A DNA stretch of 64,000 bases, taken from the NCBI GenBank assembly GCA_043228905.1, contig JBHGNT010000010.1, forward strand, positions 17,112,001-17,176,000, in the 5' to 3' direction. Position numbers and translations under genes: made by a program. The notes below the pieces were generated by a model. The model saw only the letters and a list, made by a program, of their open reading frames with translations, made no database searches and was not told the DNA's origin. This document shows, piece by piece, positions 1-13,705 of the stretch; the stretch's first letter is position 1; every line of letters starts with the position of its first letter. Source of the stretch: Azolla caroliniana. Taxonomy: Eukaryota; Plantae; Polypodiophyta.

Positions 1-1066
1 GCATGTGGTCACTGAGTGGCATCCAAGATTTCTTCTTTCCAATGTGGATAGGGTAAGTCTAGGTAAGTATCAAACTTTTGGTGAGTATCATTAATATATA
101 GTCAGATCAGTGATAAACGACTTAGTGGACGAATTCTACTATTCCTCACAATAAATACCACAATAACCATGGCCACCGATCATTCCTCGTAGTTAGGTTC
201 AATTATTATGAAGAATTACCATATAGGAATGATCCTATTATACCTCCATTGAGTTGTAATCACCATGCCTTACTAAACATGGGCATTAACAAGGATGACT
301 TCAAGATCGTATCTATGTCCCCCTTGAGCATGTACTTATTGGCTAAATAATTTCTTGTTTTGCCGAGATCTTCTCTTCCTTATCTTTCTCGTTATCTTGT
401 TACCTCGTCATGGTCTAGGCCATATCCCATAGATCACAATTGGTTTTCCATGGACATTAAAAAGATATCTAACTATCTATCTCTACTAATACTCCTTGTT
501 CTTCTCATAAGTGTGAAGATGGTTGCAATCTTAGACAAACTTGGACTTGGCTCCTAGACAATGACTTGGAGAGCCGAATTTGATGTCATGATGCAAATGT
601 TCATGGGGAGATAATAGGTGAAGTCATCAAGTTCTGTTAGAGTTTAAGAAATATTAAGAAATAATGTACATAATAACAAGGAAACAGTTCAATTGGATAA
701 AGTGCATTGTTACTAGATCAATTGTCATGATAGAAAAGCAAACTCTAATTTTGGCAAAGAGGGAAAGCGTCCAATTTGCCATGAAGAGGATGCCTAGGGA
801 AAAATTTAGAGGACATGAATTTTGGAGGATTAATACACGAACAATTGTATCTCATTATCAACGTAAATTCTACGTTTGTCTTTTTATTTCAATTATTGTC
901 ATTTATTTATGTTGTGTAGTAATGTTTTATCTATTGTCTATGAATTCTTGAACAATCTCCATCTCTTCTCTTCATGAAGAACCTCACATCCCTATTCATG
1001 GAGAGAAGCCCAACAACCTTATCCAAGATATGATCCCTCACCTTTGCCAATAGTCATGCCTCACCG

Positions 1067-1092
1067 CCCCCCCCCCCCCCCCCCCCCCCCCC
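1067..1092. repeat. poly-C homopolymer (C26)
   Basis: Run of 26 C read directly from the sequence. Confidence 0.9.
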
Positions 1093-4000
1093 TTCTCAAG
1101 GGCAAGCCACAAGAGGCCTGCCTCCCCACCCATTTATGATCTTGAAGATTCTTGCTTATGGATTGACATGAAGTTGCGGGCCCATATACACTATGGATGA
1201 GCTTGAGGATGGTACAGTAGATAATAAAAAATTCAGTTGTAGAGAGATCGATTGCAATCTATGGGAGTGGGCCTAGCCCATGGTCCATGGTGAGAATGAA
1301 CTTGAGTTCTTTAAATTTACAATGATGTGACTAGGCTAGCAAAAGGAATCGACAAAATTGTGGAAGTAGCCTTTCAATTTGGAAGTGATGTAAATAACCT
1401 CTTTTAGTTCTACAAAAGGGAGATGCAATAGAAGGGTGCTCCAAAAGTAAAAGATGCTTTCAAGGCATATTGTTGTCCAGGTTCCAACCTTGGATTATAG
1501 AACTACAAACCATAAACAAAACTTGGGTAGGTTTTGAATAGGCTTTGCTTATTGAGTTCGGCCTTGATTATGTGATAAGGATTACCTAGTAGGATCTTAA
1601 AAATTCGCCACGTTCTCTAATAAGGACAGTGGGTGCAGAACTAATATTAAGAAAGTTTGACCAGAGGTTTGAGCAAGTTCTCAATGCTTCATAAAATGAG
1701 TCTATGACCAGACAATGTCATATTAGTCCTCAAAGTTATGAGTGTGAAGGATAGAAGGGATCTAGGAACTCGCAATCAAATGCCCTTGTCACGAACTAGG
1801 TGGAGGTCAAAAGGGCGAGTGATAATTTTGTCGAGTAACTATAGAGGCTCAAGGGTTTCCAAGCCAATAAGTCAATGTTGTTTGAAAGTAAGAACAAGTG
1901 GTGATAGTGAGAATGCCTTTTTAGCATTCAACATTAATGGTTGTTTTCCCACGGTCATTGCCCCCACAATTGGATGCTCCACTCATGCCCAACAATATAT
2001 AGGTATGCGTCCATCCATAACTGAACCATTTAATGGGTGTTGTGATTGCGGCTCCCATTGTAATACATATAAGCATGTGTAGTAATTAAGGCGACATGGA
2101 ATTGAGCAAGTGTGGAAGTGCATGATGACATATGCGGTTGTTTTAGGACATGATAAAATGGTAATGTTCTTTCAAATTCCCCTAAAAAACAAGCAACTCT
2201 TCTAAAAATCCAGCAAATTTGTAGAAATAGAAGACAAGTATCCATGTACAACGCATTGCCAACATTATTATGAAGAACATTGAAGAAAAATATACTGAAA
2301 AAAAAAAAGATTGAGCAAATTTCTTCCTTTAACTAAAATGACTCTTTGAAAGTATATAGTATACATAGCCATAAGTTTCTTTTCTAACCTAAACATATTA
2401 AAGCAAGAGGACATATGCATACAATGTGTGTGCATGGTTAGTTGCATGGGAATAACATTGGTTATCCAAATCGAACAAGAAACAAGTGCAATAACTTTCA
2501 AACATTATTAGGACACTATTAAAGAAATATCAACAATATTTCAACAACTCAAAACCAAGAAGTAACATTTTGCTTCCGTTGGATGAGGCATCCTCCACCA
2601 TACATTTCCACAACTAAGAGTACCTTATGATGGAAATTAGTGTTCCATTCTAAGAGGAAATCATTCACATATGAGGCAGCATGTGTTAGGCCTTACTTGT
2701 TTGTACTCATGGTTTGACACATGTTTGGACACCATTAACATACATAAAACATGAGTTTGTTAACATTGTTGACATGGAAGGAATGAAAAGCAATAACATG
2801 CAACAATGATGGCACATAAAATAGATTCAGTGAAATGGACACACTAAGGTTATGGACTTCATTATGGGTATTCATCTTGTGACATTTCAATATGAAGTGA
2901 TCTATTTGCAAATCAGTTGGGCACTTGAAACAAGACTTTTGTGGCTAATTGTGCATGCTTAATTTTAGTGGCCACTACACATACTATATTTCTGATCTTT
3001 TCTAAAACAAAAACAGACAAAATAGAATTATCAACGTTCTTCAAATGTTATAAGATAGAAAAATATATATCTATCACTTTCAAAGAATACTTTAAAACAT
3101 GGAATTTGACCCCTTCAACTCCCTATCCCATAGATGATAGCACCCACAACAAAATGGGGAAGCTAAGAGAAAGAATAAGACTCTTATATGTTCATCTAGA
3201 CCATGATCACAATGACATTACTCCAAGGGTCATATTTGGGAGAGCCGGTGTCTATACATCATGTTGTCTTCAAAATTGCTCATTAAGAGCAAGCATAACA
3301 TATCAAAGTTAGTGTAAATTGGTAGACATACATAAAGCCTAATTTTAGTCGTTTAAGTAAAGTTGGCTCCATTTTATATGCTAACGTGCCACATGTGAAG
3401 AAAGAGAAACAAATATAAACTTGAAAAAAGCATTCTGCCAACCATAGAGATAGTTTTGGCATCAACCTAAAAAACCATACATTCTCTTTTTCCACATTTG
3501 ATGATTTTCTTGTTCCCTTGAATCCTATTGCTACTCAAACTCTGAAGAAGCCAAATTGCCGCAATGTAGACGATGACAAGAAAGATGGATCATGTCCTAG
3601 TGGTGTAAAATAAAAAGCATGCATCCAAGGGACGCATATGTTTTTGAATGTTGCACAAACACATCTTTCCACGAGGATATGGCTCGCTAGAGAGTGGGTG
3701 TCGTTGAGGCACATCGCAAACTTGAACTATTTGATTTGGATTTCCTATGACGAAACCTGCTTCTATCGAAAATCAACATTTTCTTTCTTTCAAGATGTTC
3801 AATTGCGGAAAAGGAAATATGTCTCCATCGTAGAGAACAATTGAACAAAAGGGAATTGTTCGGTTGCAGCAATGCGTATCGACGACCAATCATGTGATGG
3901 AAGTCCCTCGCACGCAGGTTATAACAGGTCATTGGCGATAAAAAATATGTATATAAATTGGATTCGATCGATGATGGTGGCGAGGCCTCAAAGATCTTTT

Positions 4001-4134
4001 TACATACATATGAGAGGAGATGGGTAGCATCCGGTGTAAATAGACTGTAAAGTTCGAAGGGATGCCCGGACATTATACACTTACGTAGGATACGAGAGGG
4101 GCAGCTGCCTGTGTAAATAGACTTTAAAATTTGG

Positions 4135-4136
<2 letters not shown>

Positions 4137-4174
<38 letters not shown>

Positions 4175-4199
4175 GACACACACAGACACACACAGACAC
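4137..4199. repeat. (CT)n followed by (CA)n/(CAGA) microsatellite upstream of the Rab-GAP gene
   Basis: Direct reading. GA/CT repeats are typical of plant promoters (BBR/BPC-type sites). Confidence 0.85.
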
Positions 4200-4213
4200 T
4201 GCACATACATATG

Positions 4214-4435
4214 TATAAAAAAAAGCTTCACTTCTCCTGGCTTTCTTGAGCTCCCATTTCCATCTTCCCTGCTCCTTGAATTTTTAGGGTTTCTCGGTGG
4301 AGCTCGCCATTCCTGTTTGCCCCCTCCCTCCCTCCCTCCCTCCCTCCCCTCCTCTTCTTCCTCCTTTCATTACCCTTCTTTTCCTCCATCTCCCCCCCTT
4401 CTAATCCTTAGCTCCCCCTGAATTTTCTCCTTCTT
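4214..4435 (+). promoter_or_regulatory. Putative core promoter / 5' end of the Rab-GAP gene: TATAAAA box followed by a pyrimidine-rich Y-patch
   Basis: TATAAAA at 4214-4220, then a long C/T-rich tract (about 4230-4435) leading into the repeat array and the gene. Confidence 0.5.
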
Positions 4436-5853
4436 GTTCCGAGAAGGAGAATCCATTGCCGTTTGGTGCACTGCTTCGTTCTTACGCTTCGTGGGAGGTA
4501 TAATTATACTTTGGAAGGAGGCGTTTCCCCCTCTCCTTCCTTCTGTTTTCTTTTAGAGCTATGCAAAATTGTGGAAGTCTTTGTATCAACGTTTCCGCAA
4601 TTCTTACAGTTTACAGTTCTGGTCCGAGGAGGAGAATCCGTTGCCGTTTGGCATTGATCTCCGTTCCTACGCTGCCTGGAAGGTATTGTTTTACTGCGGA
4701 AGGAGGTGTTTCATTCTTTCTTCTATTTCTTTTAGAGCCATGCGGAATTGTGGAAGTCTTCATGTCAACGTTTCTGCAATTCTTACAGTTCTGTGCTGAG
4801 AAGGAGAAACCATTGCCGTTTGGCACATTGATTTGTTCCTACGTTGCCTGGGAGGTATTAATTTACGGTGGAAGGAGGCGTTTCCGTCTTTCTTCTATTT
4901 CTTTTAGAGCCATGTGGAATTGTGGAAGGCTTCATGTCAACGGTTCTCTAATTCTTACAGTTCTGTTCTGAAGAGGAGAATCCATTGCCGTTTGGCACAG
5001 ACCTTCGTTCTTACGCTGCCTGGGAGGTATTATTTTACTGCGGAAGGAGGCGTTTCAGTCTTTCTTCTATTTGCTTTAGAGCTATGCGGAATTGTGGAAG
5101 TCTTGATGTCAATTTTTCTGCAACCCTTACAGTTCTGTTCTGAGGAGGAGAAACCATTGCCGTTTGGCACAGAGCTTTGTTCCTACGCTGCCTGGGAGGT
5201 ATTCAGTTACTGCGGAAGGAGGCGTTTCCCTCCTACTTCTACTTCTTTTAGAGCCATGCGGAATTGTGAAAGTCTTCATGTCAACGTTTCTGTAACTCTT
5301 ACAGTTCGGTTCTGAGAAGGAGTATCCATTGCCGTTTGGCACAGACCTTCGTTCCTAGACTGCTTGGAAGGTATTAAGTTACTGTGGACGGAGGCGTTTC
5401 CGTCTTTCTTCTATTCTTTTAGAGCTATGCGGAATTGTGGAAGTCTTCATGTCAACGTTTCTGCAACTCTTACAGTTCTGTTCTGAGGAGGAGAATCTAC
5501 TGCCGTTTGGCACAGAGCTTTGCTCCTACGCTTCCTGGGAGGTATTAATTTACTGCGGAAAGTGGCGTTTCCCTCTTTCTTTTATTTCTTTTAGAGCCAT
5601 GCCGAATTGTGGAAGTCTTCATGTCAACGTTTCTGCAACTCTTACAGTTCTATTATCTGGAGGAGAATCCATTGCTGTTTGGCACAGAGGCTCGTTCCTA
5701 GACTGCCTGGGAGGTATTAATTTACCGCGGAAGGAGGCGTTTCCATCTTCGAGGTATTTTTATTCTGTGAAAGGAGACGTTTGTCCCTCTTCTCTGTTTC
5801 GTTTAGATCTATGCGGAATTATGGAAGTCTTGATGTCAACGTTTCTGCGACAG
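4432..5853 (+). repeat. Tandem array of 8 units of about 172 bp in the putative 5' leader of the Rab-GAP gene
   Basis: The motif AG|GTAT recurs with GT at 4498, 4683, 4855, 5027, 5199, 5371, 5542 and 5714 (spacing mostly 172). TTGCCGTTTGG and ATGCGGAATTGTGGAAGTCTT recur with the same period. Confidence 0.95.
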
Positions 5854-5876
5854 GCTTGAAGGTGAAGCTGCTGGCA

Positions 5877-8247
5877 ATGACAATCAGCATTATATCCCTA
5901 AACGGTAGAAAGTAAGTAGTCTACAGAATCTTCTTTTGATTCTAGAAACCTCCTATTTCTTGGTTTGTATTCTCCATCCCCTTTCGAAGTTTCAAGAGGT
6001 GTTTTTAGTCGGGTTTTCCTGTCTTCTGTAAGTTTTCGCTGTGCATTGACATTCTCCAAGGATCTGAACAGTTCTAATAAGGTTTTCTGATCAAAGACTA
6101 TGTGTTTTTTGCAACGGGAAAGGAAGGTTTCTGGTGTTTTAGGTATTTGTGTAGACTTGTGAAAGAAAGATCTTTATTTTATCTCTTTCTTCTTGTGAGC
6201 TATATACATGGGGAATTGCTTGCGTAATTCTTTCCGTTTTGTATGTGTCTTCGTGCTTATAAATTCTCAAACAGCTAATTATCATCTTCCGAACTCAATT
6301 ACTATATATACTGTGAAAGAAAAGCTGTGTCTGTTTGTGCGTGAAATTTCTTTCACAGTATATTTCTTATTCTGAACATAAAAGCAATTTGCATTCCCTT
6401 TGTACCTATGTATGCTTTCTAATTGTCAAATGGCTATACGTAAATATTGTGTAATGAAAGCTCTGTCTGTTTGTGGTTGTGAGTCCTTGAACAGGTATGT
6501 TTCTTATTCTGAAAAGAGAAGGTGTTTGTTTTACCGTTTATGTCTACGTATGCAAATCGTCAAATAGTTGTATATCTATTGTAAAAGAAAAGCGTTGTCC
6601 ATGTATTTCATTTGTAGTAAATTATGTCTGTGCAGCAACTCTTGTTAAACAGTTGATGTATCTTCTGAAAACAAAAGCCTTGTTTGTTTTTTAGAGAAGA
6701 TATTAGAGGAAAAACCTTTACTTTATACTAAATGTATGCGGCTTTATTTTTTCTGTTTGTTAAGGTTATGATAGAGTTTATCTTTCTTTTGTGAATATGA
6801 TAGGCACCTGCCTAAGAATGGTAAGAAGAGCTGCCTCCCCCTCACACCAAAGCAATGGAAGAATGCATTTGACAAAGAAACAGGGCGATTACTCAATGGT
6901 GACAAAATTTTGCAAAGGGTTCGCCATGGGGTGCGTACATATTCTATTTATTTTGTTTTGAGACTATAGGTCTGATAATAGTGAATTGCAACTTACATCT
7001 TTATTTGAGCAGGGTGTGGAAGCCAGCATACGGGCTGAAGTCTGGCCTTTCCTATTGAACTTGTATGGAATTTCTCTCACACAGAAATCTTTTCTGTTTC
7101 TGGCTTGATGAGTCTCTGTCTCATCCAATTTGTTTTGTTTTGCAGCTACGGATTGGAAAGCACACAGAAGGAAAGGGAGGAAGAAAGACTTGTGAGAAGG
7201 TAATAATATAATTATTAAAGGAAATTAAAGAAATGCAAACTCGCACGATTCACACTCCAGATTGTTTCTTCGTCTATTTGTAGCCAAGTGTACGAGGATT
7301 TGAAATGGAGATGTAAAGTCGTACGCGAGAGTATCTCATCCCAGAGAAAGATGACCTCTGAAGATGTAATCCCATGTGAAGGAATGGAAGCAGACAGATT
7401 GGTGGCATTTCAGAGAAGCAAGTCCGGTTTGGTCGAAATGGATGCCAAGGCGAAGCAAGAATTTATCAATTGGCAGCGAATTATGAGGCTGGATGCAGTG
7501 CGCATAAATGCTGACTGGGTTCAACTCTCTTCCTCTCAAGCAAACATATCAAAAGGAGTAGCCAATCAACTAGCTATGGAGGTGGGCTTGAGGGATAATA
7601 TATTAGAGCCATCCTTGCAACATCACGCTGCAAGATTGGTGTCCATACTGGAAGTATATGCCTTATATGATCCTGAGATTGGATACTGCCAAGGAATGAG
7701 TGACCTTCTATCACCATTCGTTGCCCACTTAGATGAAGATTATCAAGCCTTCTGGTGCTTTGCATCATTTATGCATGCTGCTCGGCACAACTTCAGGATG
7801 GATGAAGAGGGTATTAAGCGGCAATTGCAAACAGTTTCCCGAATTGTGAAGCACAGTGATCCGCAGCTTTACAAGCATTTTGAGAAGATTGGTGCTGTTG
7901 ACTGCTATTTCATCTACAGAATGGTAGTGGTCCTCATGAGGAGAGAACTGTCCTATGAGCAAACAATATCCTTCTGGGAGACTCTCTGGGCAGATCGAAC
8001 TGCAGTGAGGCTTGATAAAGTGAAGATGTCCTGCAGGCGAGGTCGGGGTAAAGCCCCACCCACTAATGATCTACTCCTTTATGTCATAGCTGCTGCAATA
8101 AGGCAGAAACGAAGGGTGATCATGGACAACTGCGTGTGCATGGAAGAGGTGCTTGAAGAATGCAATGGCATGTCAGGAAATCTGAATATATGGGTCCTCT
8201 TGGATGATGCACGGAGTCTAATAGCATCGTTTCATCATAAAGTCTGA
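5877..8247 (+). CDS. TBC-domain Rab GTPase-activating protein (GYP7/RabGAP22-like). Exons 5877(or 5811)-5911, 6804-6930, 7013-7062, 7146-7199, 7284-8247; 409 aa (431 aa from ATG 5811)
   Basis: GT-AG junctions give one continuous frame: ...LTPKQWKNAFDKETGRLLNGDKILQRVRHG|GVEASIRAEVWPFLLNF|YGLESTQKEREEE... The arginine finger (IMRLDAVR) and glutamine finger (YCQGMSD) are intact. The first exon is inferred from donor AA|GTAAGT at 5912, whose phase matches the acceptor at 6803. Confidence 0.88.
6290..6600. repeat. Degenerate ~137-bp tandem duplication in the first coding intron of the Rab-GAP gene
   Basis: GTAT(A/G)TTTCTTATTCTGAA at about 6358 and 6495; CTA(T/C)GTATGC...GTCAAAT at about 6406 and 6544. 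Confidence 0.5.
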
Positions 8248-11200
8248 CGATTTATCTAATGGAGTCCTCGTCAGAAAAGAAGGATGACGACATACACACA
8301 AACAACACACAGGCATTTCTAATTGCTGCCCGCCTGCCTTCAGTATTGGAAAGAGACGGAACTAACCGCATGATCTTTCTTCTACTTTTTGGTCTCATCT
8401 CGAGTCCTACAATTTTGCTCCGCACATACATACATACATACTTGCACATGTATAAGCTTCTACTAAATATGCTTATAATGTCTCATCAAAGGTTAGGTAG
8501 GCGAGGCGCCTCTTGTAAATAAAATGTGTATATATAATGAATGAGGAAATGCACCTTGCTTTGACTCCAATTTGTCTCTGAATCTGTGTGGGATAATTTA
8601 AGTAATGAGCTCCAGCAATAACATTTAACATATGTATGGATGAGTCACTGCCCTGCATTGACACTCCAAACCTCATCTCAGAATATCTGTGATTGTTTGG
8701 GTGAGAGAATTATGTTCGTAGCAAGGAAAGGATACATGCACCATTAGTCCAGCAATTGCTTTCACTGTAAGCGTTGAGCAACATAATCTCCAGTGATGCT
8801 AGCCAAGGATTTATGCATATCATTGGTTGTCTTGATTTGCAATTCTAATATCTCACACCCATACCGTACCGTACCTTTGCTTTTCTTATTTTGTTGAATG
8901 CCATGGCCGATATGAAATTCGAATACGATCTTTAGGCCCCTTAGTATGTACTATGTACTATGTAAGGTAGAAACCACCTTTCACATGTTAAAGTATAGAA
9001 TGGGATGGGGTGTTTCACATCTAACATAGACGCTGGGATGGAGTGAAGCACTTGTTTTATGAGTTAAAAGCTTGCTAATGAATCAATGATATTATAAAGA
9101 GAGGGCACCAAGCAAGCAAGCACGGAAAGTGCAAATTTGTATATGATATTTAGGTTTCAATGACTAGAAACATTAGAAATATGCCATCAATTTACAGGTG
9201 GTTATTAAGTAAAAGGCGTAATTTAAATGGTTATGAAACCAAATATTTCTTTTAAACTCTCAAGGAGACCTCAATACTCTTGGATTATTATACTATAATA
9301 TTTAATGAGATTGCTGACATTTTGAATTGCCAAAATGTAGAAGGAATGTGCAAGGAGGCAAGGCAATCTGTTTTGGTCTTAATTTCCAAATTCAACAAGC
9401 AACATACCACTATTGTTCTCACTTCATAGAAACAATCTTATGAGGGAAACAACCCAAATCATATGCTAGAACTATTAAACAATGACTTGGCGGAAAATGA
9501 ATAGATAGAGCAATGACAACCAAGACGTTGGCGTTGAAACAACCATCCTTCGAAGAAACTGTAATAGCTCAATGTTCTAGCTTCATGGCGTTGCAAAGAT
9601 TTGAGGCCTCAAGTGATTTTTGCTAAAATGACTAAACCTTGAAAGAAGCTTTTTCAAGTGTCAAGACGGGAATATTCCGACAATCGAGGAAGGTCGTGGG
9701 TGATAGATTTTGAATATTCCGAAACATGAGGATTTTGAATCATGAGAGATGACTTGATGGTAAATCGTTGAGGTTGTTAGGATATTACCTAAGTTTGCAA
9801 GATTCAATGAGATCTATTAATCGTCCATGTCAGAGGATGTTTTGTTAGATTTGGACAATTTGTCAAAGTTGGATGTGGACAATAAGTATAAGTTTGATGA
9901 CATGTCGAAGTTATAGACAAATTGAACATAACATATACCCCCATCAAACCTATACATCCTTCGGTATGTGCCAATGTTTGGGAAACGTTGATGTATCATG
10001 ACGAGTTTTTACTTTTTGAACCGCCTTGCCATATTTATTTTCTCTTCTTATGTTATAACTTATTAGCAATATTGATTGATGTTGCATCCCTTCATACACC
10101 CCAACTTCTAGTTTGATTCACCATCCCCACTCTATAAACTAAACCTAGGCAAACTAGACACTATGAGCTTCACCCACTTGTTGATAATTTTCCACACCGA
10201 CCCTTCAGACCAAATTTAACGAACAACTAATTGGTTTTGGGTCAAGTATCTTTAAGGTCATCCCCTTTTTTTTCTCGCATCTCTTCAATATCTCCTCTTT
10301 TTTGTTCACTTTCCTATGTATTCCATTTTCTTCCTCGAGTGTTTTGCAACTTGGGCATGAACCTTCAACAATGTTTATTAAAATATTATCTAGTCTACTC
10401 AAGTCAACAAAGACTAAATTCTTTACAATTGACCGCATTTCTAGCTCATGTTCCTCATCATTGTGAATGGCACCCTATTCATTTATTTGATCAAGGAATA
10501 AATCACTCTTTGATCAAATAAACTCGTGTACTTGTATGGAAATCGCAACAACCTAATCACTAAGACGATTCTTTGGAAAAGAAACAAATATACCTGCACA
10601 TTCCAACTATGAATAAGAATAATTCAAAGTTCTTTTGATTTTCTTAACGTAAATGTGGAAAGCTAGCCTCTTGTTAAGTTGTTTGTAGTCGATGTGATGA
10701 AGTGAAGGCTCTATTGCATTGTTGTGATTGGTTAAAGGAGTAAGTTTAACTGCGTTACTTATTGAGGAGAGGAAAAATGGAAAAAATTGAACACGGGTTT
10801 TGTTTTAACGGACCATTTGTCTAAAGCATTCTGTAAAAAGAACTAATGACCATGGGTTTAGTCCAAGGTATATAGTCGTAGTGTGTGTTTAGAGATAAAA
10901 ATGTCCAATGTAGAAGTTTCAATAAATGAATCCGATAGTGTAGTCAATACGGTTATATTCTTTATATATCTAATATTCCTAAATAAATTGGAGGGGTGAA
11001 GATTGTAACTAATAATATCCTTTTTATTTCATAAAACAATGTTCATGCAAACAAATAACTTTGATTTAACAGATTCCAGGGTATTGAGAGCATGCATACC
11101 TCAATTGTAATGTTTTCTAGAGTTTGTGAAAATGAAAGAAGGGATTCAGTGAAATTTCAAAATAAACTAATTACTTTAAGCTAGATAGAAAGTAAGAAAA

Positions 11201-13705
11201 TTTTGATGATTTGAGGGCATTCATGCCTCAAACATAATGCATGCCAATAAGAGGGCATATATAAGGATTGGGGGTTCCTACATGATGGGGAAATTTGGTT
11301 CATGATGGCAAGGTTTGATGATATGAGATTCAAACAACTATTTCAGATAGTAAATTAAGGTGGGAGATCAAGGGAAAGACCAAAATGGAAATGGTTTGTA
11401 AGATACTGGGTGGTTATTTATTAGCGTCCACATTTAATATGCACTGCTATCATTTTAAACTCTTTATGTTAGGGGAAATCTATCAATGTCCATGCGATGA
11501 AGTCATTTATTGAGGGAACTCAGATGTGTGCAATATATTGAAAATTATGATAAAACACACGATCAAGTCCATAGGGGCAAACAATCGTACCAAAATCTTA
11601 AAACGCATTGCTTAATCTGTCTATGTCTTTGAAGTTTTTAAATTTATGGATTCATTGGTCTAGCAATGGATCTAAAATCTCCTAAAAATTTATATAGGTG
11701 ATGCTTTCACATTAAGTTTTAGCAAGTAATTTCTTGTTTTCACATATGTTGTTTTTGCTAGTAGCCACTTTTCCAATAACCAATGAAGTGGCTAAACTAT
11801 AGTTCCTTACATAAGTGGTTTACATACCTTATTTAAACATCCTCCTCCCCTAGATAAACTAGGTTTAGAAGATATGATAACAACGGTGGTTATTTTTGTT
11901 TAGCCCAACAATTATCGTATCCCATTGAAATATTTGGTAAAGACGTCAGCCAAGCGTCCTCTTTGATAAGCAATCATTGAGTCTAGTGTTTTCTAAAGCT
12001 AGATCTATTGGACCAAGACCAACTTGAGAAAATGATGTATCCCGATAAGGTAAGAACCAATTTGTGACATTCATAAATGTACTTAGGTAATCCTTCCTAT
12101 TAAAACAAGTGTCGTGTCACGAGAAAACATGAACATTTCGATAGATTCAAGCTAGTCATATAAGCAAGGTTATGTGGTGTGCACTTGTTCTCAAGTATAG
12201 TATGTGGTGGACACCATATATCCATATGAGGTCAAGGGTGGATTGTCAAAAGGATTTTGTGAAGTTTAACTTTGTATACTTTTAGATGAGGATAATTGTC
12301 TGTTTCAAATATTCTTGACCTTGATTGCCCAAGTTCAGAGACATTGACCAAATAAAGATTTCAAATGCATTCATTTTGAGTATAAAAGGTGTATTTGGAA
12401 AACAATGCACGATGATCACCAACACTTTTCTTTCCTGAAAAAGTAGGTCATGAAAGAATCTAGAAGTTGGAAATGTTTCTTGAAATAGTCGAATCAATAA
12501 CCCCTATAGGAATAAATGACCAAACATCATATAAAACTAATGTTGCTTCAACTAAGGCACCATGTCCAAGAGGAATTCGTTATGATTATTACAAGATGAT
12601 GATTGCCCCTAGGTTGGATTGGCTCAATCTCATGTCATGACTTTAACGTCTACAATGTAGACGGCACGACTCTAGTGTTTACGACTTAGCAGGTTTTAAA
12701 AGGCATTGTCATAAATAAGCAAACCCTAAACTAGCATGATATTTGAGAGTCACAATTTAGTCAATTATGAGTAATCATGACATGTAGAAGCACAAGTTTG
12801 AGTAGTTCCCAATTGGGTTATTCTTTTGTTGCATTTAACCAATTGTTGATTCTCATTGTAAATATAGTAAGATTCTCGTTGTTGATTTAAGGTCTTCAAT
12901 GTAAGATGTTTTGGATGACATTTTTGTTGTTCATTAAGGGGAACGTGGCCATTTTAAACAACTTGAGTGAGAAGAAACCCTAATCTACTTCTTCTAATTA
13001 GGTTAACAAAATTAAGATACCCAATCCAATCCAATCCAAACCTTCCACATGAACTATGGTTTCATCTCATATCCAAGTTTATGTTATCTTTTCCAAATGA
13101 ATATTACACCATAGTGTTCCCAAGTTCTAACCTAAATTGGGTATGATGCCTCCATGAAAATATGACAGTGAAGAAATAGAAATGGAATAGAAAACAAATA
13201 GTAAAGAATAACTTTGGCGAGGGAGGGCTAGCAAAGAAACACCATGCATCAACTTGGGCTAAAAGTATAGAATAGAATTCTTAAGACACAATAAGATGCC
13301 ATCTATTGAAGCAGTGGTTTAGTACGATGCAACAACCATATTGGCATGTCATTGTGATCAAGAACCATGTATGGCACCCAACTATTAGAAATAAGTTCCG
13401 TGGTTATTATGGAAAAAGGGACCTAGGTGGTGGACAATTACATTTATTCGTATAAAAGTGAAAAACAAAATGACGATCCTTTTTAGAGGTACATCAATAG
13501 AAATTTATTGATAGGGGTGGAGTAAGACAACAACAAAACCTTCGTTGATTGCTACAAGATATCCAAATAACTAGCCAATTGGTACAGCATCATCAGCAAG
13601 CACCCCATAATTTGTCGATAGAAATTTCCTCATACAACATGTGTCACGCAAAGAATATATGTACAATCTTTGAACAACAGCCTTGAAAAGAAGAGATGAG
13701 AATAA

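Noticed and set aside
1140-1340. Weak similarity to 21830-21960 (GGGCCTAGCCCAT...ATGATGTGA)
   Set aside because: Probably an ancient dispersed repeat, but too short and diverged to delimit.
1600-2950. Possible decayed SWIM/MULE-like transposase on the minus strand
   Set aside because: Only faint Cys-rich fragments with many stops; no TIR or TSD found.
4432-5853. 172-bp array as a CRISPR array, centromeric satellite or repeat protein
   Set aside because: No unique spacers and no cas genes; only 8 copies, in a genic position. The 172-bp period is not a multiple of 3, and the 66-nt exons contain stops in some units in the frames tested.
9400-13200. Possible old transposon remnants between the two genes
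   Set aside because: Short ORFs without diagnostic motifs; cannot be assigned without a search.
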